Source of the DNA: Gemmatimonadales bacterium
GTDB lineage: Bacteria; Gemmatimonadota; Gemmatimonadetes; Gemmatimonadales; GWC2-71-9
DNA: 64,000 bases
Assembly: GCA_037189525.1 (NCBI GenBank)
Contig: JBBCJC010000005.1
Span: 416,001-480,000 of the forward strand
Reading direction: 5' to 3'
Part shown: positions 49,807 to 58,931 of the stretch, one piece after another
How the letters are laid out: each line of letters opens with the position of its first letter
Numbering within the stretch: position 1 is the stretch's first letter
The notes under the pieces: model-generated
Told to the model about the DNA's origin: nothing
Database searches by the model: none
Seen by the model: the letters and a program-made list of their open reading frames with translations, nothing else
Made by a program: the position numbers and the translations under genes

Positions 49807-51849
49807 ATGCACTTCACCCCGACGCTCAGGCTCGGCCTCGTGCTGGGACTGACCACTGCCGGCGCCGGCGTGCTCTCGGCACAGGCTCCACGCACCGACC
49901 GCCTGCAGCTGGCCGACTACCTCGATTTCGAACAGGTCCAGGCGCCCCAGCTGTCGCCTGACGGTCGCCAGGTCATCTATGGCCGGCGCTGGGTCGACAA
50001 GCTGAACGATCGCTGGGAAACGTCGATTTACCTGATGAACAGCGACGGATCGCGCCCCCGCGCGCTGGTCACCGGCGGTTCGCCGCGGTGGTCTCCCGAC
50101 GGCTCCCGGATTGCCTACGTGGCGCGGGGCGAGCCGAGTGGCAGCCAGATCTGGGTGCGCTGGATGGACGCCGAGGGCGCGAGTACGCAGATCACCCGCC
50201 TGGCCGAAGCACCGGCCGACCTGGCCTGGTCGCCCGACGGAAAGTGGATCGCGTTCCGCATGCTGGTGCCCGAAACCGAAGGCTGGAAAATCGAGGGCCA
50301 GGTCGGCGCCCTCAAGCCGCGCGGCGCGACCTGGACGCAGGCGCCGCGGGTGGTCGAGCAGGTCACCTATCGCCGCGACGGGCAAGGGTTCATCCGCTCG
50401 GGGACCCAGCAGCTCTTCGTCGTCCCGGCTGACGGCGGCACGCCCCGCCAGGTGAGCAACGGCGACTGGAGTGTCGGCGCTCCGGCGTGGCTCCCCGATG
50501 GGCGCACCATCACCTTCTCCTCCGGTCCCCGGACGGAAGACGCCGAGTATTCCTGGCGCGAGTCGGACGTGTTTTCGATCGACGTCGAAACCGGCGCCAT
50601 CAAACAGCTGACCACGCGAAAGGGTCCGGACAACGGCCCGGTTCCCTCCCCCGACGGGAAACAGATTGCCTACACCGGCTATGACTGGTCGACCGATACC
50701 TGGATCGATTCGAAGCTCTACGTCATGAATGCCGATGGCAGCGGGTCTCGAATCCTGGCGGACATCGACCGGAGCCCCGGCAGCCTGACCTGGGCCCATG
50801 ACGGAAGCGGGGTCTATTTCACCGCGCAGAGCGAAGGCAGCCAGAACCTGTGGTTTGCTCCGCTGCGAGGTCAGGCACGCCAGGTCACCAAAGGCGTCCA
50901 GATGCTCGCCGTATCCGACATCGCGCGCGACGGCACGGTGCTTGGTACGCTGAGTTCGTTTCACGAGCCCGGTGATGTCGTGACGTTCAACCTGCGCGCC
51001 CCCGATGCCTTCAAAAAGCTCACCGATGTCAATGCCGACATCCTGACCGGCAAGCGCCTCGGACAGGTCGAGGAGATCTGGTATACCTCGGTCGATGACT
51101 TGAAGGTACAGGGCTGGATCGTCAAGCCGCCGGATTTCGACCCGTCACGCAAGTATCCGATGATGCTGGTGATCCACGGCGGACCGCACTCGATGTATAA
51201 CGTCGCCTTCAACTTCGGGTGGCAGGAACATGCGGCCAACGGTTACGTGGTGCTCTACACCAATCCGCGGGGCAGCACGGGATACGGCAGCGCCTTCGGC
51301 AATGCCATCAAGAACGCGTATCCTGGCAAGGACTATGACGACCTGATGCGCGGCGTCGACGTCACCATCGCCAAGGGCTACATCGACGAGCAGAACATGT
51401 TCGTCTACGGTTGCAGCGGCGGCGGCGTGCTGACCTCGTGGATCGTCGGCAAGACCGATCGCTTCGCCGCGGCCTCGGCCAACTGCCCTGTCACCAACTG
51501 GCTCAGCTTCGTCGGCACGACGGATGGCGCCACCTGGTATCGGAACTTCGAGAAGTTCCCCTGGGAAGATCCCAGCGAGCATCTCCGCCGTTCGCCGCTC
51601 ATGTATGTCGGTAACGTCAAGACGCCGACCATGCTGATGACCGGCGTCAATGACCTCCGGACGCCGATGCCGCAGACGGAGGAGTTTTACCAGGCATTGC
51701 GTATGCTCAAGGTGCCGACGGCGATGGTCCGGTTCAACGACGAATGGCACGGCACCAGTTCCAAACCGTCCAATTTCCTGCGGACCCAGCTCTACCTGCG
51801 GGACTGGTTCAAGAAGTACGCTCGAGGCGAGCAGCGAACCACGCAGTGA
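49807..51849 (+). CDS. Exported S9 family peptidase (beta-propeller + alpha/beta hydrolase)
   Basis: SD GAGGAGG; signal peptide; WSPDG repeats; IHGGPH; GCSGGG nucleophile; DLRTP; EWHG. Confidence 0.95.
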   Translation: MHFTPTLRLGLVLGLTTAGAGVLSAQAPRTDRLQLADYLDFEQVQAPQLSPDGRQVIYGRRWVDKLNDRWETSIYLMNSDGSRPRALVTGGSPRWSPDGSRIAYVARGEPSGSQIWVRWMDAEGASTQITRLAEAPADLAWSPDGKWIAFRMLVPETEGWKIEGQVGALKPRGATWTQAPRVVEQVTYRRDGQGFIRSGTQQLFVVPADGGTPRQVSNGDWSVGAPAWLPDGRTITFSSGPRTEDAEYSWRESDVFSIDVETGAIKQLTTRKGPDNGPVPSPDGKQIAYTGYDWSTDTWIDSKLYVMNADGSGSRILADIDRSPGSLTWAHDGSGVYFTAQSEGSQNLWFAPLRGQARQVTKGVQMLAVSDIARDGTVLGTLSSFHEPGDVVTFNLRAPDAFKKLTDVNADILTGKRLGQVEEIWYTSVDDLKVQGWIVKPPDFDPSRKYPMMLVIHGGPHSMYNVAFNFGWQEHAANGYVVLYTNPRGSTGYGSAFGNAIKNAYPGKDYDDLMRGVDVTIAKGYIDEQNMFVYGCSGGGVLTSWIVGKTDRFAAASANCPVTNWLSFVGTTDGATWYRNFEKFPWEDPSEHLRRSPLMYVGNVKTPTMLMTGVNDLRTPMPQTEEFYQALRMLKVPTAMVRFNDEWHGTSSKPSNFLRTQLYLRDWFKKYARGEQRTTQ

Positions 51850-51860
51850 CCCACCAGGTT

Positions 51861-51904
51861 GCCGATCCGGCGACCGGCCGAGACATGGCCGGCGCCGGAT
51901 CGGC
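51861..51904 (+). terminator. Strong hairpin after S9 peptidase
   Basis: GCCGATCCGGCG-A-CCGGCC/GGCCGG-CGCCGGATCGGC; no U-tract. Confidence 0.45.
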
Positions 51905-51978
51905 GCCCGTTGCGCACGAGCCGATAGCGGCCGACCCGGTGACCGGTTACAATCCGCCGTCCTCAATGGAGCAGCGGC

Positions 51979-52296
51979 ATGTCAGCACCCGGCGTCATCG
52001 TCGTCATCGAGTATCACGCCCTTCCCGGCCAGGCCGAAGCCGCGCGGTCGGCCCTGCAGGACCTGATCGAAATCGTGGTGCGCGAAGAGCCGAACTGTTT
52101 CGGGATCCGACTCCATCAGCATCACGATGACCCCGCCCGCATTCTGCTCTGGGAGGCGTGGACCGATCAGGCGGCATTCACCGGGCCGCACATGGAAACG
52201 CCGCATCTCACGGCCTTCCGCGAGCGGGCCCCCGAGTTGTTCGTCGGACCACCCTCGCTGTCGTTCTGGATTCAACGATCGGATGTCGTCCGGTGA
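51979..52296 (+). CDS. Antibiotic biosynthesis monooxygenase (ABM) family protein
   Basis: PGQ, EEPNC, EAW, HMETPHL. Confidence 0.85.
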   Translation: MSAPGVIVVIEYHALPGQAEAARSALQDLIEIVVREEPNCFGIRLHQHHDDPARILLWEAWTDQAAFTGPHMETPHLTAFRERAPELFVGPPSLSFWIQRSDVVR

Positions 52297-52775
52297 CCAG
52301 CCGATCGGGCCGCGCGAGTGGCCTGTGCCTCGCCGGCGTTGCGCTGCTGATCTCGATGGGCTGCAATCGGGAACCGACCCATGCGATCGACCTGATCGGT
52401 GAGCGCGAAGGCATCCGCATCTGTCGCGACTCGTTTGCGCAGGGGCGGTTCGAGTGCCGCTACACCCGCACCCATCACCGCCTCTGGATGATGCATGACC
52501 CCAATTCGGGGCTCGAGACGTTTCTCCGCTACGAAGATCTCACCGGCTCCACTGCCGAACCAGCCTACGACTCGGCGCGCGCGCGGATCGAAGCGGACCT
52601 TGGGCCGGGCACTACCTGCGCAGACAACCACCTGTCCTGGCTGATCGGCACCGACGTGCTGCATCTGATCCTGCGGTCGCCTGATCCGGCCCCGGCCGAC
52701 AGCTCGGCGCGGCTCTGGACCGTCGCGACGTTCGGCGGGCGCAACTCCGGGGGCACCTGCCAACCGGCCGGCTGA
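52293..52775 (+). CDS. Hypothetical lipoprotein
   Basis: GTGA overlap with the ABM gene; hydrophobic stretch ending ISMGC. Confidence 0.55.
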   Translation: MTSRSGRASGLCLAGVALLISMGCNREPTHAIDLIGEREGIRICRDSFAQGRFECRYTRTHHRLWMMHDPNSGLETFLRYEDLTGSTAEPAYDSARARIEADLGPGTTCADNHLSWLIGTDVLHLILRSPDPAPADSSARLWTVATFGGRNSGGTCQPAG

Positions 52776-52786
52776 GGACGGACGCC

Positions 52787-53410
52787 ATGGAAACGCATCG
52801 AGCGCGGTGGCAACGCGACTGGGCGGAAGCTGGTCTCACGCCGCCGAGTGAGGTGACTCCGCTCCTGGACCGTTACCGGGAATCCCATCGCGCCTACCAC
52901 ACCCTTCAGCATCTGGACGAGTGTTTTGCCTGGCTCGACCAGGTCCGAAGTCATGCCGCTCTTCCCCATCTGGTATCGCTGGCGCTCTGGTATCATGATG
53001 CGATCTATGATCCGCACGCCAGCGACAACGAGGCCGCCAGTGCGGACCTGGCGGCGACCGCGCTGCGTACCGCCGGTGCACATCCCACTATGGTCGATAG
53101 CGTTTCGGCCCTGATTCTGGCCACGCGCCACAACGCGCTTCCTGCGCCGGGAGACGCGACCTTGCTGGTCGACATCGACCTCGCGATCCTGGGCGCACCG
53201 CCGGACCGCTTCCGGGAGTACGAGGATCAGATTCGAGAGGAGTATCGCTGGGTACCCGGCCTGATCTTCCGCCGGCGCCGCGCCGACATCCTGCGCGGAT
53301 TCCTCGACCGTCCCGTTCTGTATCACACGCCGCTTTTGCATCAGGAACTCGAGGCGCGGGCCCGCGACAACCTTGCCGCGGCGCTGTCGAAGCTCGGCCG
53401 GCGCGATTAA
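52787..53410 (+). CDS. HD-superfamily metal-dependent phosphohydrolase (COG4339-like)
   Basis: RAYHTLQHL, WYHDAIYDP, NE..SA, DIDLAILG, IREEY. Confidence 0.88.
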   Translation: METHRARWQRDWAEAGLTPPSEVTPLLDRYRESHRAYHTLQHLDECFAWLDQVRSHAALPHLVSLALWYHDAIYDPHASDNEAASADLAATALRTAGAHPTMVDSVSALILATRHNALPAPGDATLLVDIDLAILGAPPDRFREYEDQIREEYRWVPGLIFRRRRADILRGFLDRPVLYHTPLLHQELEARARDNLAAALSKLGRRD

Positions 53411-53420
53411 ATTTTCTGCA

Positions 53421-53470
53421 GCTCGGACGACCGGGCGAGGTCACCGTGATACTCCGGGGGACGACCCCCG
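53421..53470 (+). ncRNA. Guanidine-II (mini-ykkC) riboswitch
   Basis: Two hairpins with ACGA loops, GCTCGG-ACGA-CCGGGC and CGGGGG-ACGA-CCCCCG, directly before the SD of an SMR gene. Confidence 0.92.
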
Positions 53471-53488
53471 AAGACGAGGGAGCGTGTG

Positions 53489-53806
53489 ATGGCGTGGGTC
53501 GTTCTGGTCGTTGCCGGCCTGTTCGAAGTCGGGTGGGCAATCGGCCTCAAGTACACCGATGGATTCAGCCGAGTTGGGCCGAGCATCCTCACCGTGTTGT
53601 CGATCGTGGCCAGCATGGGACTCCTGGCAGTCAGCCTGAAAACGCTCCCGGTCGGTATCGCCTATCCGATCTGGACGGGTATCGGCACCGTGGGGGCGGC
53701 GGCGCTGGGGGTGATCCTGTTCAAGGAAGTGCTTTCGGCTACGCAGGTCCTCTTTCTGTTGATGATCGTCGTCGGTATCCTGGGCCTCAAATTTTCGGTC
53801 AAGTGA
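53489..53806 (+). CDS. sugE: Guanidinium exporter Gdx (SMR family)
   Basis: MAWVVLVVAGLFEVGWAIGLKYTDGFSR, LPVGIAYPIWTGIG; riboswitch upstream. Confidence 0.92.
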   Translation: MAWVVLVVAGLFEVGWAIGLKYTDGFSRVGPSILTVLSIVASMGLLAVSLKTLPVGIAYPIWTGIGTVGAAALGVILFKEVLSATQVLFLLMIVVGILGLKFSVK

Positions 53807-53816
53807 GGAGGTCCGG

Positions 53817-54245
53817 ATGCGGTTTTCCCTGATCATCATCCCGCTCGTCATGGGCGCCTTTGCACTGGTCAACGCCCGTAAGCTGGGCAAGAATCCGGAG
53901 ATCCGGCGGGACCATGTGCAGATGCTCTATGCCATGGGCGCCCTACTGCTGTTGCTGCCGGTGGCCCTCGAGCTCGGGATCTGGGGCCTGGCCGTCATCC
54001 TGGTCATCGCGGGCATCATCTACCTCTGGCTGGCGCAGCAAGCTGCGCACCTGCCGGGCGCCAATCCGCGCGGCGACGTTCTGATGGCCTGCATCCTGTT
54101 CGTTGCCGGAGGGCTCTGCGGCTGGACGGCGCTGACGGGCCGTCCGGTCCCGCCCTGGGTCATCCTGCTGCTCCTGCTGGTCGGCGCGGTGGGGCGGCCG
54201 CTCCTCAAACGCCTGGGCCGACCGCCCGCCCAGGGCGGCGCCTGA
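53817..54245 (+). CDS. Hypothetical membrane protein
   Basis: SD GAGGAGGT; about five hydrophobic segments. Confidence 0.7.
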   Translation: MRFSLIIIPLVMGAFALVNARKLGKNPEIRRDHVQMLYAMGALLLLLPVALELGIWGLAVILVIAGIIYLWLAQQAAHLPGANPRGDVLMACILFVAGGLCGWTALTGRPVPPWVILLLLLVGAVGRPLLKRLGRPPAQGGA

Positions 54246-54357
54246 CCGTTCGCCCCGGCGCCATCGAAGTCTCCAGGTAACTCCCGGTCCGGACAGCGCG
54301 CAGTAGATTTCGGGATTCCCCTTTGAACCCGTGAGGGCATCCGCCCGGGAGGCTCCG

Positions 54358-54843
54358 ATGAGATACGCTCGTCCTGCCATCGTCGTCTGGTCGCTGCTGG
54401 CCATCGTCGGGTGCGGTCGCAAACCCGCTGCCGACCAGGAAACGCCGCCGGCTTCAGCGCCGGCCGACACTGCGGCGGCTGCGCATGCGGGCCACGGCGC
54501 CGGGCACACGATCGTCGATCGTGACTGGCACCTGACCTCGGTCGGCACCCTGGTCAATCCTCGCGGTGCCGGCGACCAGCCCGTCACACTCCGATTCGAC
54601 ACGGCCGCCAACCGCGCCGCCGGCTTCGCAGGCTGCAACCGCTACTCGGCCAACTATGCTCTGGTCGGCGACAGCCTGCGCTTCCTGGCCCCGATCTCGA
54701 CCAAGATGGCCTGCGATCGCGGCATGGATGTCGAAGACGCCTATCTCAAGGTGCTCGAGCAGGTCCTGTCCTACACAGCAACCGACTCGACCCTGACGCT
54801 GACCGGCGCCTCCGGGTCGCTGGCCCAGTTCCGCGCTCCTTGA
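54358..54843 (+). CDS. META-domain lipoprotein (HslJ-like)
   Basis: Lipobox IVGC; WHL, GFAGCNRY, STKMAC. Confidence 0.9.
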   Translation: MRYARPAIVVWSLLAIVGCGRKPAADQETPPASAPADTAAAAHAGHGAGHTIVDRDWHLTSVGTLVNPRGAGDQPVTLRFDTAANRAAGFAGCNRYSANYALVGDSLRFLAPISTKMACDRGMDVEDAYLKVLEQVLSYTATDSTLTLTGASGSLAQFRAP

Positions 54844-54884
54844 GGGAGACGGCTCCTCGGATGCACCGGTAACCGGTTAGGCGG

Positions 54885-55616
54885 ATGGCGCTCCGGGAAG
54901 AACTGGAACGGAGCGGCGCCTGGCTCTTCCGATATCGGAGCTGGGTTCCGCCCCTCGTGCTCGTGCTGCTCATCTTTGCGGGGTCCGGCGGCAAAGATCC
55001 CGCAGGACTTTCACCGATCGGGACGGTCATCGGCCTGTGCGTAGCTGGCCTCGGACTCCTCCTCCGCGCCTGGGTCATCGGCCATGCCCCCTCGGGAACC
55101 TCGGGCAAAAACCGGGCGCTGCAGGTCGCGGACTCCCTCAGTACCACGGGCCCCTATTCCCTGGTTCGCCATCCCCTTTACCTGGCCAATTACCTGCTCT
55201 GGATCGGCCCGGCTCTGGCTCTGGGCATCTGGTGGCCCCCGGTTCTCGTTTCGCTCCTCTTCGCGTTATACTACGAGCGCATCATGTTCGTCGAGGAGGA
55301 ATTCCTCCGACGGACGTTCGGGCCCCGGTATCTCACGTGGGCCGCCCAAACTCCTGCATTCGTTCCACGTTTCTCCTGCTGGCAGCCCGCAGCCCTGCGA
55401 TTTTCGCTGCGGACGGTGCTTCGGCAAGAGTACTACGCATGGTTCTCGACGGTGGCACTCTTCGTGCTCCTCGAGGTGGGAATCCGGTTCGTCGACACCG
55501 GCCGATTGGCGCTTCCCCGTCCCTGGATCGGGTTGCTGCTGGTCACTGCGGTCGTCGCTAGTGTGTTGCGCACACTTCAACGGTACACCAAGGTGCTCCA
55601 TGTCGAAGGCCGCTAG
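54885..55616 (+). CDS. ICMT/PEMT-family membrane methyltransferase, lipid A phosphate methyltransferase (LmtA)-like
   Basis: MALREELERSGAWLFRYRS, GTSGKN...QVADSLSTTGPYSLVRHPLYLAN, YYERIMFVEEEFL. Confidence 0.8.
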   Translation: MALREELERSGAWLFRYRSWVPPLVLVLLIFAGSGGKDPAGLSPIGTVIGLCVAGLGLLLRAWVIGHAPSGTSGKNRALQVADSLSTTGPYSLVRHPLYLANYLLWIGPALALGIWWPPVLVSLLFALYYERIMFVEEEFLRRTFGPRYLTWAAQTPAFVPRFSCWQPAALRFSLRTVLRQEYYAWFSTVALFVLLEVGIRFVDTGRLALPRPWIGLLLVTAVVASVLRTLQRYTKVLHVEGR

Positions 55617-56346
55617 GCTCGCCATTGGTTTCTCCCTGGTCGGATCGCTCTTCCCCGCTTTATCCTCAGCGCAACAGACTCAATCCTTCGCCGTTCCCGA
55701 CCTGCCAACTCTGGAATTCAGCCGGGTTCCGATTCTCGACCGGGACGAGGGGCTCAAGGTCGCCGGCCTGGTCCTGCTGGCCGCCACATTGGACGGGACG
55801 GTGCAGCGCCAGTCGCAGGCGATGCGCGGCTCCGGCAGCAATCGGGTGGCCGAATGGGGCAATGCCGCCGGCCACCTGCGTTACATGGGGCCGGTCCTCG
55901 CGGCAGGCTGGGCGGTGGGCCAGATCGGCGGCCGCTCCCAGCTTTCCCGCGCAACCGCACAGGCCACCAGTTCGGGCCTGATTGCCGGTGGCATCGTCAC
56001 CGTCCTCAAACGGGGATTCGGGCGGCTCCGTCCGCGAGACGGTTCCTCGGAGCATTTCGCCCCGTTCAGCGACCATAGCGCGTTCCCCTCAGGCCACACC
56101 ACCCTTGCCGTCGCCATTGCCACCAGCCTGGCACACTCGACCGAGAACAAGACCGTCGACGCCATGCTCTATGGCACCGCGGCGCTGACGGGATTCGCGC
56201 GTATCAACGACAACAAGCACTGGTTTTCCGACGTCGTGGCGGGCGCCGCCCTGGGCTACCTGGTGGGCCGGCAAGTCAACGCAGGCCTCAAGGACACTCG
56301 GCCGCTGATCGGGCCCGGCCTGGCGGGGTTGTCGATCTCCTTCTGA
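55600..56346 (+). CDS. PAP2-family phosphatase
   Basis: KRGFGRLRP, FPSGH, ARINDNKHWFSDV; N-terminal signal peptide. Confidence 0.9.
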   Translation: MSKAARLAIGFSLVGSLFPALSSAQQTQSFAVPDLPTLEFSRVPILDRDEGLKVAGLVLLAATLDGTVQRQSQAMRGSGSNRVAEWGNAAGHLRYMGPVLAAGWAVGQIGGRSQLSRATAQATSSGLIAGGIVTVLKRGFGRLRPRDGSSEHFAPFSDHSAFPSGHTTLAVAIATSLAHSTENKTVDAMLYGTAALTGFARINDNKHWFSDVVAGAALGYLVGRQVNAGLKDTRPLIGPGLAGLSISF

Positions 56347-56454
56347 ACGGTTCTCTCCTGGAAAGCGCACCATCGAGTTTGACGTAACCCGGTCCGCCCA
56401 TCCGTAGTTAGATTCATGGCAGTTCCAACCGCAATCTCATTCTCGAGAGAGACC

Positions 56455-57579
56455 ATGACGTCACGTCGCACCTTCGTCCGTTCCCTGGCCGCCACCAGCG
56501 GTGCGCTGTCTTTCGGCCTGCCGAAGGGCCTCTGGGAACGAGCCGAAGCGCTTCCGCGCCAAGGCAAGCCGCTCAACATTCTGATTCTGGGAGGGACCGG
56601 ACAGACGGGGCCATTCCAGATTCACTACGCCGTGGCCCGCGGGCACAAGGTGACGGTGTTCAACCGTGGCCGGCGTCAGGCGGAGCTGCCCGCCGGCGTC
56701 GAGCACCTGGTCGGCGACCGGAACGACAACCTCGAAGCGTTGAAGGGCAGCAAGACGTGGGATGTCATCATCGACAACCCGACCACGTTTCCCCGCTGGG
56801 TCCGCAGCGCCGGCGAGGTCCTCAAGGGGCGGACCGGCCAGTACGTTTTCATCTCGACCATTTCGGTTTTCGACAAGTGGGACCAGCCGAACATGGACGA
56901 GAATGCGCCGCTCGCGACCATGCCCGATCCCACGGTCGAAAACATGCAGTATTACGGCGCGATGAAAGCGCTCTCCGAACAGGAATCGGAGAAGTACTAC
57001 CCCGGCAAAGTCACCGTGATCCGGCCCGGACTCATCTCCGGACCGCGGGATGAGACCGACCGATTCAGCTACTGGCCGATCCGGGTTGCCCGCGGCGGAG
57101 AGGTTCTGACCGCGCCGCTCGATCACTTCGCCCAGATCATCGACGGCCGCGACCTCGCCGAATGGACCATTCGGATGTGCGAGGCGCGAACCTATGGCAT
57201 CTATAACGCCACCGGACTGTCCATGACCCACGGCGAGATGCTGAACGGGATCCGATCTGCACTCGCGAGCGAAATCCAGGGGACGGTCACACTGACCTCG
57301 CCCGACCTCGCGTTCCTCAGGGAACAGAAGGTTCGGCCCTGGTCCGAATTGCCGGTCTGGATGCCCAATGAAGGTGACACCAAGTACTGGAACAAATGCA
57401 TCGTCTCGAAAGCGATCGCAGCCGGTCTGACTTTCCGGCCGTTTGCCACCACGGTGCAGGATACGCTTGCTTGGCACAAGACGCGCCCCGCTGAGAGCCA
57501 GGCCAAGCTCCGCTCCGGCTTGGCACCGGAGCGCGAGGCGGAACTCCTCAAGGCGTGGCACGCCCGGAAACCATCCTGA
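56455..57579 (+). CDS. NAD(P)-dependent epimerase/reductase (atypical SDR) with Tat signal
   Basis: MTSRRTFVRS twin-Arg signal; ILILGGTGQTG Rossmann motif; YGAMK (YxxxK); RPGLI. Confidence 0.88.
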   Translation: MTSRRTFVRSLAATSGALSFGLPKGLWERAEALPRQGKPLNILILGGTGQTGPFQIHYAVARGHKVTVFNRGRRQAELPAGVEHLVGDRNDNLEALKGSKTWDVIIDNPTTFPRWVRSAGEVLKGRTGQYVFISTISVFDKWDQPNMDENAPLATMPDPTVENMQYYGAMKALSEQESEKYYPGKVTVIRPGLISGPRDETDRFSYWPIRVARGGEVLTAPLDHFAQIIDGRDLAEWTIRMCEARTYGIYNATGLSMTHGEMLNGIRSALASEIQGTVTLTSPDLAFLREQKVRPWSELPVWMPNEGDTKYWNKCIVSKAIAAGLTFRPFATTVQDTLAWHKTRPAESQAKLRSGLAPEREAELLKAWHARKPS

Positions 57580-58931
57580 GTACGACCGCCCCGACCGGGC
57601 CGAGTGCTCCGGTCACCCGCTTGCTGCAGCGTGTCGTCGAGGTGCGCCCGGATGAAGTCCGGGCGCTCCTGCTTTCCTGCGGGTACTTCTTCTGCATTCT
57701 CTCGGCCTGGTTCATCATGCGGCCGATTCGCGAGCAGACCGGTGTGGCCGGCGGGATCAACAACCTGCCCTGGCTCTACACCGGCACCCTGATCGCAACG
57801 CTGGTGGTGCATCCGCCCTTTGCCGCGCTGGTTGCGCGGCTGCCGCGCCGGACCTTCGTCACCATCGCCAACCGGTTTTTTCTCACCAACATCCTGATTT
57901 TTTTCGGGCTCTTCCAGACGCTGCCGGAGTCGCAGCTGGTCTGGCTGGGCCGGGCCTTCTTCGTCTGGACCAGCGTCTTCAGCCTCTTCGTGACGTCGGT
58001 CTTCTGGTCGTTCATGGTCGACGTCTTCCGGACCGACCAGGCCAAGCGGCTCTTCGGTTTCATCGGGTTCGGCGGAACGTTAGGCAGCGTGACCGGCGCG
58101 GCCGTGACCGCCACGCTCGCGCCCCGGATCGGACCGGTCTATCTCTTCCTCGCCTCCGCTGTGCTGCTCGAGCTGGCGGTGCAATGCGCCCGCCGCCTGG
58201 GTACGGCGTCGGCCTCTCTGGGAAAATCCGCGAACGCTGCCGCGGGCGAGGCGCTGATCGGCGGGCAGGCGTTGGCCGGCATCAAGCATGTCCTGCGGTC
58301 GCCCTACCTGCTCAATATCTGCCTGTACATGCTGTTGTTTACGATCGGGTCGACCGTCCTGTATTTCCAGCAAGCCCAGATTGCGGTGCAGTCCTTTACC
58401 GACCGGGCGGGACAGACGGCGTTTTTTGCGCGGATCGACCTCGCCGTCAATATCCTGACCCTGCTCACGCAGGCGTTCCTGACAGGCCGTCTGATCAAGA
58501 CGCTGGGCGTGTCGATCACGCTGGCCTTGCTCCCGGCGCTGACCCTGATCGGCTTCCTGGCGCTGGGGACTTTCCCGGTTCTCGTGGTATTCGTGGTGTT
58601 TCAGGTGCTCAGGCGGGCGGGCGAGTATGCCGTCGCGCGACCGACGCGCGAGGTGCTCTACACCGTGCTCGATCGGGAGGACAAATACAAGGCCAAGCAC
58701 TTCATCGACACGTTCGTCTATCGCGGGGGCGACCAGGTCGGGGCGTGGAGCATGCGCGGGCTGACGGCGCTCGGGCTCGGATTTGCCGGCGCGTCCTACC
58801 TGGCCGCTCCCTTTGCCGCCATCTGGTTAGGCATTGCGCTCTGGCTGGGCCGCCGCCATGCCGTGCTGGCGCAGCTCAGCGAGGCGGGTCGAGTTCCAGC
58901 AGCGCCAGGCGGCTCGACGCAATCCCTCTGA
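57555..58931 (+). CDS. MFS transporter, NTP/NDP exchange (NTT/AAA)-like family
   Basis: IMRPIRE, SVFWSFMVDVF...QAKRLFGFIG.GG, RPTREVLYT, KYKAKHFIDTFVYRGGD. Confidence 0.88.
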   Translation: MARPETILSTTAPTGPSAPVTRLLQRVVEVRPDEVRALLLSCGYFFCILSAWFIMRPIREQTGVAGGINNLPWLYTGTLIATLVVHPPFAALVARLPRRTFVTIANRFFLTNILIFFGLFQTLPESQLVWLGRAFFVWTSVFSLFVTSVFWSFMVDVFRTDQAKRLFGFIGFGGTLGSVTGAAVTATLAPRIGPVYLFLASAVLLELAVQCARRLGTASASLGKSANAAAGEALIGGQALAGIKHVLRSPYLLNICLYMLLFTIGSTVLYFQQAQIAVQSFTDRAGQTAFFARIDLAVNILTLLTQAFLTGRLIKTLGVSITLALLPALTLIGFLALGTFPVLVVFVVFQVLRRAGEYAVARPTREVLYTVLDREDKYKAKHFIDTFVYRGGDQVGAWSMRGLTALGLGFAGASYLAAPFAAIWLGIALWLGRRHAVLAQLSEAGRVPAAPGGSTQSL

